DNA of 30,037 bases. Origin: a virus. The DNA lies in IMG/VR virus record IMGVR_UViG_3300045988_063253, positions 1 to 30,037 of that record, one strand, 5' to 3'. A program made the translations under genes and the position numbers. Positions within the stretch are counted from its first letter, which is position 1. Every line of letters starts with the position of its first letter. Positions 13,322-22,548 of this stretch are shown here, one piece after another. The notes under the pieces were generated by a model. The model saw only the letters and a program-made list of their open reading frames with translations, was not told the DNA's origin and ran no database searches.

Positions 13322-13354
13322 TTAATCGGAAAATGCGAAAGTGAGGTGATAAGA

Positions 13355-13828
13355 GTGACTGAAAAACAAAAGTTATTTTGTGAGGAATATTTGATTGATT
13401 TGAATGCAACGCAAGCGGCGTTAAGAGCGGGATATTCGGAAAAGACAGCGTATTCGATTGGGAATGAGAACTTGAAGAAACCTGAAATTCAGGAATATAT
13501 TCAAAAACGGCTGAAAGAGAAAGAGGACGCTCTTATTGCCAAACAAGATGAGGTATTGAAAACGCTTACGGCTGTTATGCGACGTGAGAAACCCGAAACG
13601 GTTGTTGTGACGTGCAAAGCACGTAAATCACACTATGACAACAAGGGCAAGAAAGTCACTGACGAGGCGGAGCAACCGATATGCGTTGAAATACCGACAA
13701 AGGTGTCTGACGTAAACAAAGCGGCGGAAATGTTGGGTAAATACTACGCATTGTTCACAGACAAATTAAACGTTGACGGTGATATGGACTACAGCATTAA
13801 GATTGATTACGGTGGTGAGGACGAATGA
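13355..13828 (+). CDS. terS: terminase small subunit (Terminase_2-type)
   Basis: EKQKLFCEEYLIDLNATQAALRAGYSEKTA is the classic TerS HTH opening. GTG at 13355 has GAGGTGA 5 nt upstream. The track start at 13346 is the alternative. Confidence 0.85.
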   Translation: MTEKQKLFCEEYLIDLNATQAALRAGYSEKTAYSIGNENLKKPEIQEYIQKRLKEKEDALIAKQDEVLKTLTAVMRREKPETVVVTCKARKSHYDNKGKKVTDEAEQPICVEIPTKVSDVNKAAEMLGKYYALFTDKLNVDGDMDYSIKIDYGGEDE

Positions 13829-15063
13829 ACAAAGTAACAGTACCGTTCAATCCGATATTCAAACCTGTACATCAATGTAAAAAGCGTTATGTTGTAATGA
13901 AAGGCAGTGCCGGAAGTGGCAAGAGCGTTGATACTGCACAACTGTACATATTGCGTTTAATGCGTGACAAGGGACGTAATCTTGTATGTGTGAGAAAGTC
14001 CGATATAACAAACCGTGACAGTACGTTTGCGGAGCTTGAAAGTGCCATAAACCGTATGGGCGTTGGCAGAGCGTGGCGAGTTACGCAAAGTCCGTTGTCG
14101 TTCACCTGTATAAACGGCAACAAGATTATATTTCGTGGTGTAAACGATAACAAGCAACGTGAAAAGCTGAAATCAATCACATTTGCAAACGGTAAATTGA
14201 CAGATGTATGGATTGAAGAGGCTACGGAGCTTGTGCAACAGGATTTTGAAATTATAGATGACCGTTTGAGAGGTGAACTCCCCGACGGTCTTTTTTATCA
14301 GATAAAATTGACATTTAACCCTGTATCGTCAAGTCACTGGATAAAGAAAGTGTTTTTCGATATACAGGACGATAACGTCTTAACGCATCAAAGCACATAT
14401 TTAACAAACCGATTTTGTGATGAGGCGTATCGACAACGTATGTTACGACGTAAAGAGGTTGACCCTGAGGGCTACAGGATTTACGGCTTGGGCGAATGGG
14501 GCGAAACAGGCGGATTGATATTCTCAAATTATCGCATTGAGGAATTTGAAACAGATATGAGCCGTTTTGACGCTATGGCGATAGGACAGGACTTCGGCTT
14601 TAATCACGCAAATGCTATATTGACGTTAGGCTATAAGGACGGCGATATTTACGTTTGTAATGAACTGTATGTACACGAAATGGATACGACCGAAATTATC
14701 ACTAAGGCTGACGGTAAGTTCAGTAAAAGTCTTGCAATGTGGTGCGACAGTGCAGAGCCGGACCGTATAAAAATGTGGCGAAAGGCAGGCTATCGAGCAA
14801 GGGCAGTTGTTAAAAATCCGAACAGCATACAATCGCAGATTGACTGGTTAAAAGGCAGAAAGATACATATTCATCCGTCTTGCGTGAATGTAATCAAAGA
14901 GATACAGCAATGGCGTTGGCGAGTTGATGAAAAGTCGGGCGAATATACGGACGAACCTGTCAATGTATTTGATGACGCAATGGCGGCACTGAGATACGGC
15001 GTTGAGAGTTGGCGCAAGGATAAGAAAGCTAAAATCTATTCAAGAGAGGAGTACGGAATATGA
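13825..15063 (+). CDS. terL: terminase large subunit (PBSX/Terminase_3-type)
   Basis: Walker A GSAGSGKS, Walker B-like DVWIEEA, a C-terminal nuclease region with DDAMAALRY. ATGA overlap with terS. Confidence 0.9.
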   Translation: MNKVTVPFNPIFKPVHQCKKRYVVMKGSAGSGKSVDTAQLYILRLMRDKGRNLVCVRKSDITNRDSTFAELESAINRMGVGRAWRVTQSPLSFTCINGNKIIFRGVNDNKQREKLKSITFANGKLTDVWIEEATELVQQDFEIIDDRLRGELPDGLFYQIKLTFNPVSSSHWIKKVFFDIQDDNVLTHQSTYLTNRFCDEAYRQRMLRRKEVDPEGYRIYGLGEWGETGGLIFSNYRIEEFETDMSRFDAMAIGQDFGFNHANAILTLGYKDGDIYVCNELYVHEMDTTEIITKADGKFSKSLAMWCDSAEPDRIKMWRKAGYRARAVVKNPNSIQSQIDWLKGRKIHIHPSCVNVIKEIQQWRWRVDEKSGEYTDEPVNVFDDAMAALRYGVESWRKDKKAKIYSREEYGI

Positions 15064-16406
15064 TAATTGATGAAGATATAGTCGCAGGCGGTGTGACACC
15101 GTTTATCATAACGAAATTGATTGAACGACACGAGCGAGAGCGACAGAGATACCGATTATTGCACGATTACTATATGGGCGACCACCGCATTTTAAACCGC
15201 AGAAAAAGGGGCAAAAACGTGGCAAACAACCGCATAATGTGTAATCACGCAAAGTACATAACGGATATGACACAGAGTTATCTTGTCGGCAATCCTGTAA
15301 CGTATGCGGTGTCGGACGAATACGATATTGAGGCAATCAAAAACGAATATTTGGAACAGGATATGCCGAGTGTTGACAGTGAAATTGTAAAGAATATGAG
15401 CATTTACGGCAAAGCATATGAACTGATTTATGCAGACGAAAAAAGCAAGCCGAGAAGTGTCCGATTGGATCCGGAGCATACATTTGTATGTTACTCACAG
15501 TCGGCATTTGAAAAGCCGTTGTTTGCGGTGTATTACTACAAGAAATACGACCTTGACGGCTACTGCACAGGCAGTATTTGTCGTGTGTATGACGAATCGT
15601 TTATATATACATACACAGGTCTTGACAGCTATACGGCATTGTCATTGCAAAATGTTGAACCACATTACTTTTTCGATGTGCCGATTATTGAATACAGAAA
15701 TAATACGGAAATGCAGGGCGATTTTGAACAGTTGATAACACAGATTGACGCATACAATGTGTTGATGTCAGATAGAATTAATGACAAAGAGCAATTTGTT
15801 AATTCGCTGTTGTTTTTGTGTAACTGCGACCTTGACACCGAACAGGCAAAAAAATTATTGGTAGAACGCATTTTGATGGGTGACGGCGACGCAAAAGCGG
15901 AGTATCTGTCAAAGGTGCTGAACGAGGCTGATACAAAGGTGTTGCGTGACGACATCAAGGACGATATACACCGTCTGTCACACGTTCCCGATTTGTCGGA
16001 CGAAAGTTTCGGCAACAATTTGTCGGGTGTGGCGATAAAGTATAAGCTGTTGGGATTTGAACAGCACGTCAAGAACAAAGAACGTAATTTTGCTAAGACA
16101 TTAAGAAAACGTTTAGAGATTTACAACAATTTCTTAGTGACATTAAACGCAATGAAAGAAGTGCCGTCGCACAGAGTTGATATAGGATTTACATATAACT
16201 TGCCTGCAAACGAACTTGAAATAGCACAGATGATTAATTACCTCAAAGGTCTTGCGTCTGACGAAACATTATTAGAGCGTTTGCCATTCATCACAGACGC
16301 AAAGGAAGAAGTTGAAATTGCACGCAGAGAGCAAGCGGAAAAGTCCGCCGAAGATATGCGTATCGCAGAAATTTCGGCAAGGAAAGTAAACTACAATGAA
16401 GAGTAA
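15060..16406 (+). CDS. portal protein (SPP1 gp6-like)
   Basis: 448 aa, positioned directly after terL with an ATGA overlap. Sequence character is typical of SPP1-type portals. Confidence 0.8.
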   Translation: MIIDEDIVAGGVTPFIITKLIERHERERQRYRLLHDYYMGDHRILNRRKRGKNVANNRIMCNHAKYITDMTQSYLVGNPVTYAVSDEYDIEAIKNEYLEQDMPSVDSEIVKNMSIYGKAYELIYADEKSKPRSVRLDPEHTFVCYSQSAFEKPLFAVYYYKKYDLDGYCTGSICRVYDESFIYTYTGLDSYTALSLQNVEPHYFFDVPIIEYRNNTEMQGDFEQLITQIDAYNVLMSDRINDKEQFVNSLLFLCNCDLDTEQAKKLLVERILMGDGDAKAEYLSKVLNEADTKVLRDDIKDDIHRLSHVPDLSDESFGNNLSGVAIKYKLLGFEQHVKNKERNFAKTLRKRLEIYNNFLVTLNAMKEVPSHRVDIGFTYNLPANELEIAQMINYLKGLASDETLLERLPFITDAKEEVEIARREQAEKSAEDMRIAEISARKVNYNEE

Positions 16407-17949
16407 GGCATATTGGGTAAAACGTGCCGTTGAAGTTGAAACATATTTACAATCGCAAGCGGACAGCGTTAAGGACGGTGTAATTAAGGCATATGAGCGA
16501 GCAATCAAGAATGTAAACAATGATATTGAGAAAACGTTTAAAGCCTATATTTCAACCGATATACCCGAAAAAGAGGCACGTCGGCTGATGAGTATAGCCG
16601 ACAGCGACAAACAGTACGAAGAACTGCTTGAACTGTACGACGAAACAGACGACAAGACAGTCAAAAAGGAAATTCTAAACCGCATAAATGCACAGGCATA
16701 TGGTGCGAGAATTAGCCGATTAGAGGGACTGAAACGTAATGTATATATTTACTTTAGGCACGTTGCAAACGAGGCTATAAAGGAGCAAAAGAAACTGTAT
16801 GACAGTGCGGTAAAGACGGCGTATTATACGAATATTTTTGATACCGCACAAGGTTTAAACTGCGGTATTGATTTTCCACTTGTACCGCAAAAGGCGGTTA
16901 ATAAAGTGTTAAGTGAGCCGTGGCACGGTCACAACTACAGCGAGAGAGTGTGGATACATAACGACAGATTTATACAGGCAGTCGGACAGACGATTGAGGA
17001 CGGTATAATCAGCGGTCACAGTGTAAGCCGTATGACCGACAAGCTGATTGATTACGTCAAAGATACTGCACCGGGTGGAATACGAACATCAGCCGAAACG
17101 CTTGTGAGGAGCGAAACGGCGCATTTTATGAACCAAGGTCAAAAGATGGCGTATGAGGAAATCGGTATAAAACAGTATCGTTTTGTTGCGGCACTGTCTG
17201 AATTGACGTGTGACAGGTGCGGAAGTCTTGACGGTAGCGTGTTTGATACCGACAAAGCCGTTGAGGGCGAAAACTTCCCACCGATACACCCACGTTGTCG
17301 GTGTGTTACGATTATGGCAGACGTGAATTTGACAAGTCGTATTGCACGCGATCCGCTCACTGGCGAAAATTACAAGGTTGACGGAAGTATGACGTTTGAC
17401 GAATGGAAAAACAGTTTGTCGGACGAACAGAAAAATGCGTTAAAATATGTTGCAAATAGTGAAAAACGTGGTATAATAAAGGTAGATAAAGATACATTGA
17501 AAGTATCTACGGGCGGAAGAAGAAACGAGAAAAATCTTTCACAGGAACAAATAGACAGCATTAAAGATTATGCGGTTTCTTTGGGTATGCCAAGAGAACG
17601 TATTTATTATGTTGATTATGATTGTACAGCATATGGCTCTTTAGCGGACGTTTTACGAATTGGAACTGATGTATATCCGTCAGAGAAAAAGCAATCCAAT
17701 CCAAACAGTAATGTTTCTATGAAAGGTGCCATAGCTCACGAAATAATCGGACACCGTGCGGCATTTTTGAACGGAAAGACGCAAAGTGATGATATTTTAG
17801 AAGAAGTGCAGGCGAGTTTGAGGGCGGCAATATTAACACCCAATTTATCAAACAGCGAAAGAATGGTACTCGCAAGGGACGGGGTATATAGATTACATAA
17901 AACGGGTAAAAAATTAAAAGACGTACGAAATTTATTGTATTTGGAGTGA
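16396..17949 (+). CDS. head morphogenesis protein (SPP1 gp7 / Mu F family) with a ~210-aa C-terminal HExxH extension
   Basis: The MuF core ends at CDRCG...HPRCRC (nt 17209-17304). The extension carries HEIIGH (nt 17737-17754), followed by EE 14-15 residues later. Confidence 0.8.
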   Translation: MKSKAYWVKRAVEVETYLQSQADSVKDGVIKAYERAIKNVNNDIEKTFKAYISTDIPEKEARRLMSIADSDKQYEELLELYDETDDKTVKKEILNRINAQAYGARISRLEGLKRNVYIYFRHVANEAIKEQKKLYDSAVKTAYYTNIFDTAQGLNCGIDFPLVPQKAVNKVLSEPWHGHNYSERVWIHNDRFIQAVGQTIEDGIISGHSVSRMTDKLIDYVKDTAPGGIRTSAETLVRSETAHFMNQGQKMAYEEIGIKQYRFVAALSELTCDRCGSLDGSVFDTDKAVEGENFPPIHPRCRCVTIMADVNLTSRIARDPLTGENYKVDGSMTFDEWKNSLSDEQKNALKYVANSEKRGIIKVDKDTLKVSTGGRRNEKNLSQEQIDSIKDYAVSLGMPRERIYYVDYDCTAYGSLADVLRIGTDVYPSEKKQSNPNSNVSMKGAIAHEIIGHRAAFLNGKTQSDDILEEVQASLRAAILTPNLSNSERMVLARDGVYRLHKTGKKLKDVRNLLYLE

Positions 17950-17954
17950 TAGTT

Positions 17955-18203
17955 ATGTGTGAAATAATAAATGTTCAAAAAATAAACAATCAATTTATTG
18001 TGGATTGCACTCCGTGCAAGGAAGATTTTACGAATGCGAAACTATTGCAAATCATCAATAAGCATAAGCAAGTATATACGACAAAAGAGTTTAAAGTTGA
18101 AAAAACAAGAGGGTGCTTTTCAAAAGGTGGCTCACCGTGGATTGTACTACAAAATATTCCTGATGGTTTTGTGGATAAAGGCAATGAGATAATTTTCAGA
18201 TAA
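17955..18203 (+). CDS. hypothetical 82-aa protein (candidate immunity/inhibitor partner of the MuF extension)
   Basis: ATG at 17955 with GGAG 8 nt upstream, starting 6 nt after the MuF stop. No recognisable motif. Followed by two terminators. Confidence 0.55.
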   Translation: MCEIINVQKINNQFIVDCTPCKEDFTNAKLLQIINKHKQVYTTKEFKVEKTRGCFSKGGSPWIVLQNIPDGFVDKGNEIIFR

Positions 18204-18221
18204 AAATAACTAAATATACGC

Positions 18222-18249
18222 AAAAGCACGTTTTCGGACGTGCTTTTTT
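18222..18249 (+). terminator. Rho-independent terminator
   Basis: 10-bp stem AAAAGCACGT (18222-18231) / ACGTGCTTTT (18238-18247). The T-run continues to 18249. Confidence 0.75.
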
Positions 18250-18334
18250 GATACACTGAAAGGCGGTGATAGTGTGAGAGTAGGCACAACATACACATAG
18301 AAGAAAGGAATGGTGATCCGATTATCTCCCTGTT

Positions 18335-18362
18335 AGACGTGGGGTTATACGTCTTATTTTTA
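18335..18362 (+). terminator. second Rho-independent terminator
   Basis: AGACGT (18335-18340) / ACGTCT (18349-18354), followed by TATTTTTA. Confidence 0.5.
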
Positions 18363-18390
18363 TACAATTTTTCAGAAAGGAATGATTTGA

Positions 18391-18930
18391 ATGGCAGATA
18401 CAGCTGAGCAAACAGAAAATCAAGAGCAAGAGAAGTCCACAGAGCAGAAGTCCACAGAGCAGAAGTCAACCGAACAAAAAGACGGCGACAATCAAAAGGC
18501 GATTGACGAAGCGATAGCTAAGGCGAAAGCGGAGTGGGAAAAGGAACTTGAGCAAAAGCTAAAGGACGCTGAAAACGAGGGCATGAGAAAAGCCAAGTTG
18601 ACAAACGAGCAAAGAAAAAAAGAGGACGACGACAAGGAACGAGAAGAATTTGAAAAAGCAAAGGCAGAGTTTGAACGTGAAAAAATCGTTGCATATGCCG
18701 AAACGGAACTTGCCAAAGTCGGACTGTCCGCCGAGATTGCAAAGTACATCATAGCAGAGGACAAGGATAGCACAAAGGCGGTTATTGACAAGATAAAAGA
18801 AAGCTATGACAAAGATGTACAAGCAGGTGTTACCGAGCGTTTAAAGGGAAAAACACCGAATTTAAACGGTGGCAGTGGCGGTCACAACACAGGCAGTTTT
18901 ATGGACATAATCAGAGAAAATCAGAGATAA
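18391..18930 (+). CDS. capsid scaffolding protein (DUF4355-like)
   Basis: Highly charged E/K-rich coiled-coil protein between the portal/MuF genes and the major capsid gene. Contains a KSTEQ x3 repeat. Confidence 0.65.
   Translation: MADTAEQTENQEQEKSTEQKSTEQKSTEQKDGDNQKAIDEAIAKAKAEWEKELEQKLKDAENEGMRKAKLTNEQRKKEDDDKEREEFEKAKAEFEREKIVAYAETELAKVGLSAEIAKYIIAEDKDSTKAVIDKIKESYDKDVQAGVTERLKGKTPNLNGGSGGHNTGSFMDIIRENQR
18433..18477 (+). repeat. 15-bp tandem repeat x3 inside the scaffold gene
   Basis: AAGTCCACAGAGCAG twice (18433-18447, 18448-18462), then a diverged copy AAGTCAACCGAACAA (18463-18477). In frame, encoding KSTEQ. Confidence 0.9.
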
Positions 18931-18942
18931 GGAGTGAAATAA

Positions 18943-20094
18943 ATGGGTTATTTGAAAAATGAATTGACAGGCTTTGTGCCTGTCGAGCAAGCAACAGACA
19001 TCATCAAAATGGTGACAAGGGGTTCAAGTGTTTTAAGAATGGCGAAAGTCGAGGAAATGAAACACGAGAAAAAGAAGTTTAACGTACTTACAGACGGTCC
19101 GGGTGCTTACTGGGTCGGTGAGGGTGAAAGAATTAAGACAAGCGGTGCTACTTGGATTCACCCTGAAATCGAGGCTAAGAAGTTAGCCGTTATTATTCCG
19201 GTAACAAAAGAAAAGTTGGAAGATACGACTATCAGCGTATTTGAAGAACTAAAGCCAGAAATCGCAGAGGCATTCTACAGAGCGATTGACGCGGCGTGCA
19301 TTTTCGGTACAAATTCACCGTTCAAGACAAACATTATGAACGCTATCGACAGTAAGCATATGGTTGTTACAGACAACGCAAATATTGATATTGCTATGTC
19401 TGACGCAATGTCGATGATTGAAGAAAACGGCTATGACCCGTCGGGATTTATCGGTCGTATCGGTGTTAAGAATATGCTGAGAAAATTGCGTGACGCAAAC
19501 GGCGCACCTGCATATGTCAACGGTACAACAGGCGGTGAGCTGTACGGTCAGCCTATCGAATTTGTACGTAACGGTGCGTGGGACAATAAACGTGCCGATA
19601 TTATCACAGGTAACTTCAAGTATGCCGTTGTCGGTATGCGTGCAGGTATCAACTATGAAATTCTTACAGAGGCAACACTACAAGGCACTCTTGACAGTGA
19701 CGGTAAACCGCTATCACTTGCCGAGCAAGATATGGTTGCAATCAAGGCTACTATGCGTTTAGGTTTCCTTGTTGTCAAGGACGACGCATTTGCCGCATTT
19801 AAGAACGGTGTTCCGACACTCGGCGAATTGACAGTTGAATCGGTTGCAGGCACAACAGGCAACACCGTTATTACGGTATCGCCAAAGCCTATCGGCGGTC
19901 ACAAGTTGGTTTACAAGGCTGCCGCAAGCACCGCTCCAAGTGTTGCGTATGACGACGATTTGTCGAAGTGGACAGAGTTTAACAACGGTGACGAAATCAC
20001 TGCGACAAACGGTCACAAGATTACAGTTGCGGAAGTTACCGCAGACGGCAAAGCGAGAAAGTCGGGCAGTGCCGACGTTGTAAGCGGTGAATAA
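18943..20094 (+). CDS. major capsid protein with a C-terminal Ig-like extension
   Basis: 383 aa immediately after the scaffold gene. The C-terminal ~95 aa (from nt 19807) is beta-rich with an Ig-like pattern (TVITVSP...ITATNGHKITVAEVTADG). Confidence 0.8.
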   Translation: MGYLKNELTGFVPVEQATDIIKMVTRGSSVLRMAKVEEMKHEKKKFNVLTDGPGAYWVGEGERIKTSGATWIHPEIEAKKLAVIIPVTKEKLEDTTISVFEELKPEIAEAFYRAIDAACIFGTNSPFKTNIMNAIDSKHMVVTDNANIDIAMSDAMSMIEENGYDPSGFIGRIGVKNMLRKLRDANGAPAYVNGTTGGELYGQPIEFVRNGAWDNKRADIITGNFKYAVVGMRAGINYEILTEATLQGTLDSDGKPLSLAEQDMVAIKATMRLGFLVVKDDAFAAFKNGVPTLGELTVESVAGTTGNTVITVSPKPIGGHKLVYKAAASTAPSVAYDDDLSKWTEFNNGDEITATNGHKITVAEVTADGKARKSGSADVVSGE

Positions 20095-20095
20095 T

Positions 20096-20446
20096 ATGGA
20101 ACAGTTGGGGACACTAAAAATGTTGTTGGGAATTAAGGACGACGAGCAAGACAGCTTGTTGTCCTTTTTGATTGAGGACACGGTTAATATGATTATGGCG
20201 TATTGTCATATTGATGTACTGCCACGTCAGCTTGAAAGCCTTGTTCCGAAGATTGCGGCGGATATGTACAGGGCGAAAGGCTACGGGGACAGTAAAAGTC
20301 CCGAAGTAGTCAAGAGCGTAAGCGAGGGCGAACGTTCCGTGACATATGCCGAAAATGATAATGACGAGATTTTCAGCAATTATTATAAACGTCTTGACCC
20401 GTTCCGTAAACGAAAGGGGCGTGTTCCGAGTGATGTCGGTATTTAG
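20096..20446 (+). CDS. head-tail connector protein (gp6-like)
   Basis: LLGIKDDEQDSLLSFLIEDTVNMIMAYC opening, typical of the Phage_connect_1 family. Position is after the capsid gene. Confidence 0.65.
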   Translation: MEQLGTLKMLLGIKDDEQDSLLSFLIEDTVNMIMAYCHIDVLPRQLESLVPKIAADMYRAKGYGDSKSPEVVKSVSEGERSVTYAENDNDEIFSNYYKRLDPFRKRKGRVPSDVGI

Positions 20447-20744
20447 TAGGTTTTATAATAAGGACGTCATAATTGCAGAATACGAGATTGACGACTATAC
20501 AGGTAAAACCGAAAAGACTGTATTGTCCGAAATCAAAGCCGATGTACAACCGTACAGCGGTGGCAGAGCAAGAGAGCAATACGGTTTGGATATAGAATGT
20601 CAAATGCGTATGTTCTGCGATATGTCAGACGACGTAAAGGTCGGTAACAGGGTTGAATATGACGGCGACATATATGATATAACATATGTGCAGAAATGGG
20701 ACAGCGGTTTGGTAGCAATGCTCGAAAGGAGTAGGCTGAAATGA
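20433..20744 (+). CDS. head closure / head-tail adaptor protein
   Basis: 103 aa from the internal ATG at 20433, overlapping the upstream gene. The ...VQPYSGGRAREQYG...RVEYDGDIYDI pattern resembles the Phage_H_T_join family. Confidence 0.6.
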   Translation: MSVFSRFYNKDVIIAEYEIDDYTGKTEKTVLSEIKADVQPYSGGRAREQYGLDIECQMRMFCDMSDDVKVGNRVEYDGDIYDITYVQKWDSGLVAMLERSRLK

Positions 20745-21151
20745 ATTTTTCAATCGAGGGGATAGACAACGTTGTTGACAAGCTGACACAGTATGCGTCG
20801 GGCGATAAAATACAGCGAGGTTTGGCAATGGCGGGCGAAGTCGTAAGAGCGCACGCAGTGGCAAACTGTCCTGTTGCAACAGGACGTTTAAAGGGCAGTA
20901 TCGTAAGCCAAGTGGACGGTGACAGTGTTGCAATCGGTCCGACTGCCGATTACGGTATTTATGTCGAATTTGGCACAGGCTCAAAGGGCGACAAATCTGT
21001 TTCGCATACGTCAAAAAGACACTGGACGTATTACAGTGGCGGTCGATTTTACACAACGTCGGGGCAAGCACCACAGCCGTTCCTCGTACCTGCACTGAAA
21101 AATAACATCAGCGAGATAATCGCTAAGTTTAAGGAGGTGTATAACTCGTGA
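20741..21151 (+). CDS. HK97 gp10-family tail component
   Basis: PVATGRLKGSI...YGIYVEFGTG...PQPFLVPAL are motifs typical of the gp10 family. ATGA overlap. Confidence 0.7.
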   Translation: MNFSIEGIDNVVDKLTQYASGDKIQRGLAMAGEVVRAHAVANCPVATGRLKGSIVSQVDGDSVAIGPTADYGIYVEFGTGSKGDKSVSHTSKRHWTYYSGGRFYTTSGQAPQPFLVPALKNNISEIIAKFKEVYNS

Positions 21152-21208
21152 AACGAGTTATAGCGAGCAAATACGAAGTATTTGTGTTAGCGTAGGGAGG
21201 GTGATACG

Positions 21209-21562
21209 GTGTTTGATATTGGTTTGGAATTACGGGATATTTTAAAACAGATAGATGATGTAAGCGTATGTTTTGCATATCCCGATAATTTTAATAAATT
21301 ACCCGCAATAGCATATTACACGCTAACGGACAAAGGCTCAATGTCATATGACAATACGGTTTTTACGAATGATACAACTGTTCAGATTGATATTTACGCC
21401 GATTATCCGCAAACGTGTTTTGAATTGTCGGAGAAAGTATATAAATTGTTGACTGATAACGAATATTATCACGAAATGACAATGGACGTACCCAATCCCG
21501 ACGACAAAAGTATAAAACACAAAACAATGAGATTTACGAAAGTAGTAGAAAGGAATGATTGA
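21209..21562 (+). CDS. tail completion/terminator-like protein
   Basis: 117 aa. GTG start with GGGAGGG 7 nt upstream. The call is based mainly on position, between gp10-like and the major tail protein. Confidence 0.45.
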   Translation: MFDIGLELRDILKQIDDVSVCFAYPDNFNKLPAIAYYTLTDKGSMSYDNTVFTNDTTVQIDIYADYPQTCFELSEKVYKLLTDNEYYHEMTMDVPNPDDKSIKHKTMRFTKVVERND

Positions 21563-21565
21563 TTT

Positions 21566-22183
21566 ATGGCAAATACAGAAAAAAGAAAACCACTACCTAC
21601 AATAGGTGTGGACAAGTACACATTTTTCGCAGTTTTAACAGACACATCGGAGGGTGCAACATATGGTGACCCGTATAATTTGAGAGGTACTGTCGAAATT
21701 GCACCGACAGACGCAGGCGGCAGTGATGTTTTTGACGCCGATAACGGTGCGTATGAAACATCAAACTACATTGAAAAATTAGGTCACGACATCACAAATG
21801 CCGATATTCCGCCGGAAGTTGATTCAATGTGGCGTGGACTGACACAAAAAGACGGTGTAGTAGAGGTCGGCAACGATACAAAAACAGTTTATTTCGGTGT
21901 TGCGTGGAGAATTATGAAATCCGACGGCTCATACCGTTATGTTAGATACTACAAGGGTTCATACAGCTTTGCGTCAAACGTAGGCGGTAAGACTAAGGCG
22001 TCAAGCGGTGCACCTGAAAAGCAAACTGCAAAGGCTACATATACAGCCGTACAACGTGATTTTGACAACAACTATTACGCATACTTTGACGAAAGCGATT
22101 TGCCGGAGGGCGTTACAAAGACAGAACTTGAGGAAAACTGGTTTAAGGATATGAACTACTATCCAGTGAAGAAAGCACTTTAA
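21566..22183 (+). CDS. major tail protein (phi13 family)
   Basis: IGVDKYTFFAVLTDTSEGATYGDPYNLRGTVEIAPT resembles the phi13-family N-terminus. Followed by a strong terminator, as is usual for major tail genes. Confidence 0.75.
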   Translation: MANTEKRKPLPTIGVDKYTFFAVLTDTSEGATYGDPYNLRGTVEIAPTDAGGSDVFDADNGAYETSNYIEKLGHDITNADIPPEVDSMWRGLTQKDGVVEVGNDTKTVYFGVAWRIMKSDGSYRYVRYYKGSYSFASNVGGKTKASSGAPEKQTAKATYTAVQRDFDNNYYAYFDESDLPEGVTKTELEENWFKDMNYYPVKKAL

Positions 22184-22189
22184 GACAAG

Positions 22190-22213
22190 GCACGCCGAAA
22201 GGCGTGCTTTTTT
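22190..22213 (+). terminator. Rho-independent terminator
   Basis: GCACGCC-GAAA-GGCGTGC followed by TTTTTT. Confidence 0.8.
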
Positions 22214-22236
22214 CGTATAGAGAGGAGCGAGTAACA

Positions 22237-22548
22237 ATGCAAAGAGTATTAACATTTGTACACAACAAAAAAAAGTATGTATCAAAACCGTGGTGTTTCG
22301 GTGCGGCAACGTTGGTTGAAAAAGAATATATGGACGTTGCAGAGGGTGAAAAAGTAACGGCTACGTCGGTATGTGCAGATGCCGTTGACTATCTGTTTGA
22401 GGGTACAGAGGCGACACAAGATATTTTAGACACGGCTGTTTCAGCAAAAATGAGAATGTGTCGTGAAGTTATGAAGTGGTTTATGGACGATTTTACGGGA
22501 AAAAACGAGGAAAGCCTGCCGGAGCAGGCAACCGAAAAGGAAGATTAA
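22237..22548 (+). CDS. tail assembly chaperone (gpG analogue)
   Basis: 103 aa from the ATG at 22237 (AGAGGAG upstream). Located between the major tail and tape measure genes. Acidic C-terminus. Confidence 0.7.
   Translation: MQRVLTFVHNKKKYVSKPWCFGAATLVEKEYMDVAEGEKVTATSVCADAVDYLFEGTEATQDILDTAVSAKMRMCREVMKWFMDDFTGKNEESLPEQATEKED

Noticed and set aside
13346-13354. The track start (GTG 13346) for terS.
   Set aside because: GTG at 13355 has a properly spaced GAGGTGA SD, whereas 13346 lies inside that SD. The difference is only 3 codons, and either start remains possible.
17414-17949. The HExxH extension as the missing prohead maturation protease.
   Set aside because: The head module is SPP1-like (portal, gp7, scaffold, capsid), which does not require a protease. 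Known prohead proteases are serine/herpesvirus-type folds, not zincins. This remains an alternative that proteomics of capsid processing could test.
17990-18469. 159-aa minus-strand ORF spanning the MuF-downstream region.
   Set aside because: It starts inside the scaffold gene; its SALWTSALWT repeat is just the antisense of the KSTEQ repeat. It runs through both plus-strand terminator hairpins and has junk-like composition. The plus-strand 82-aa ORF has an SD and tight coupling instead.
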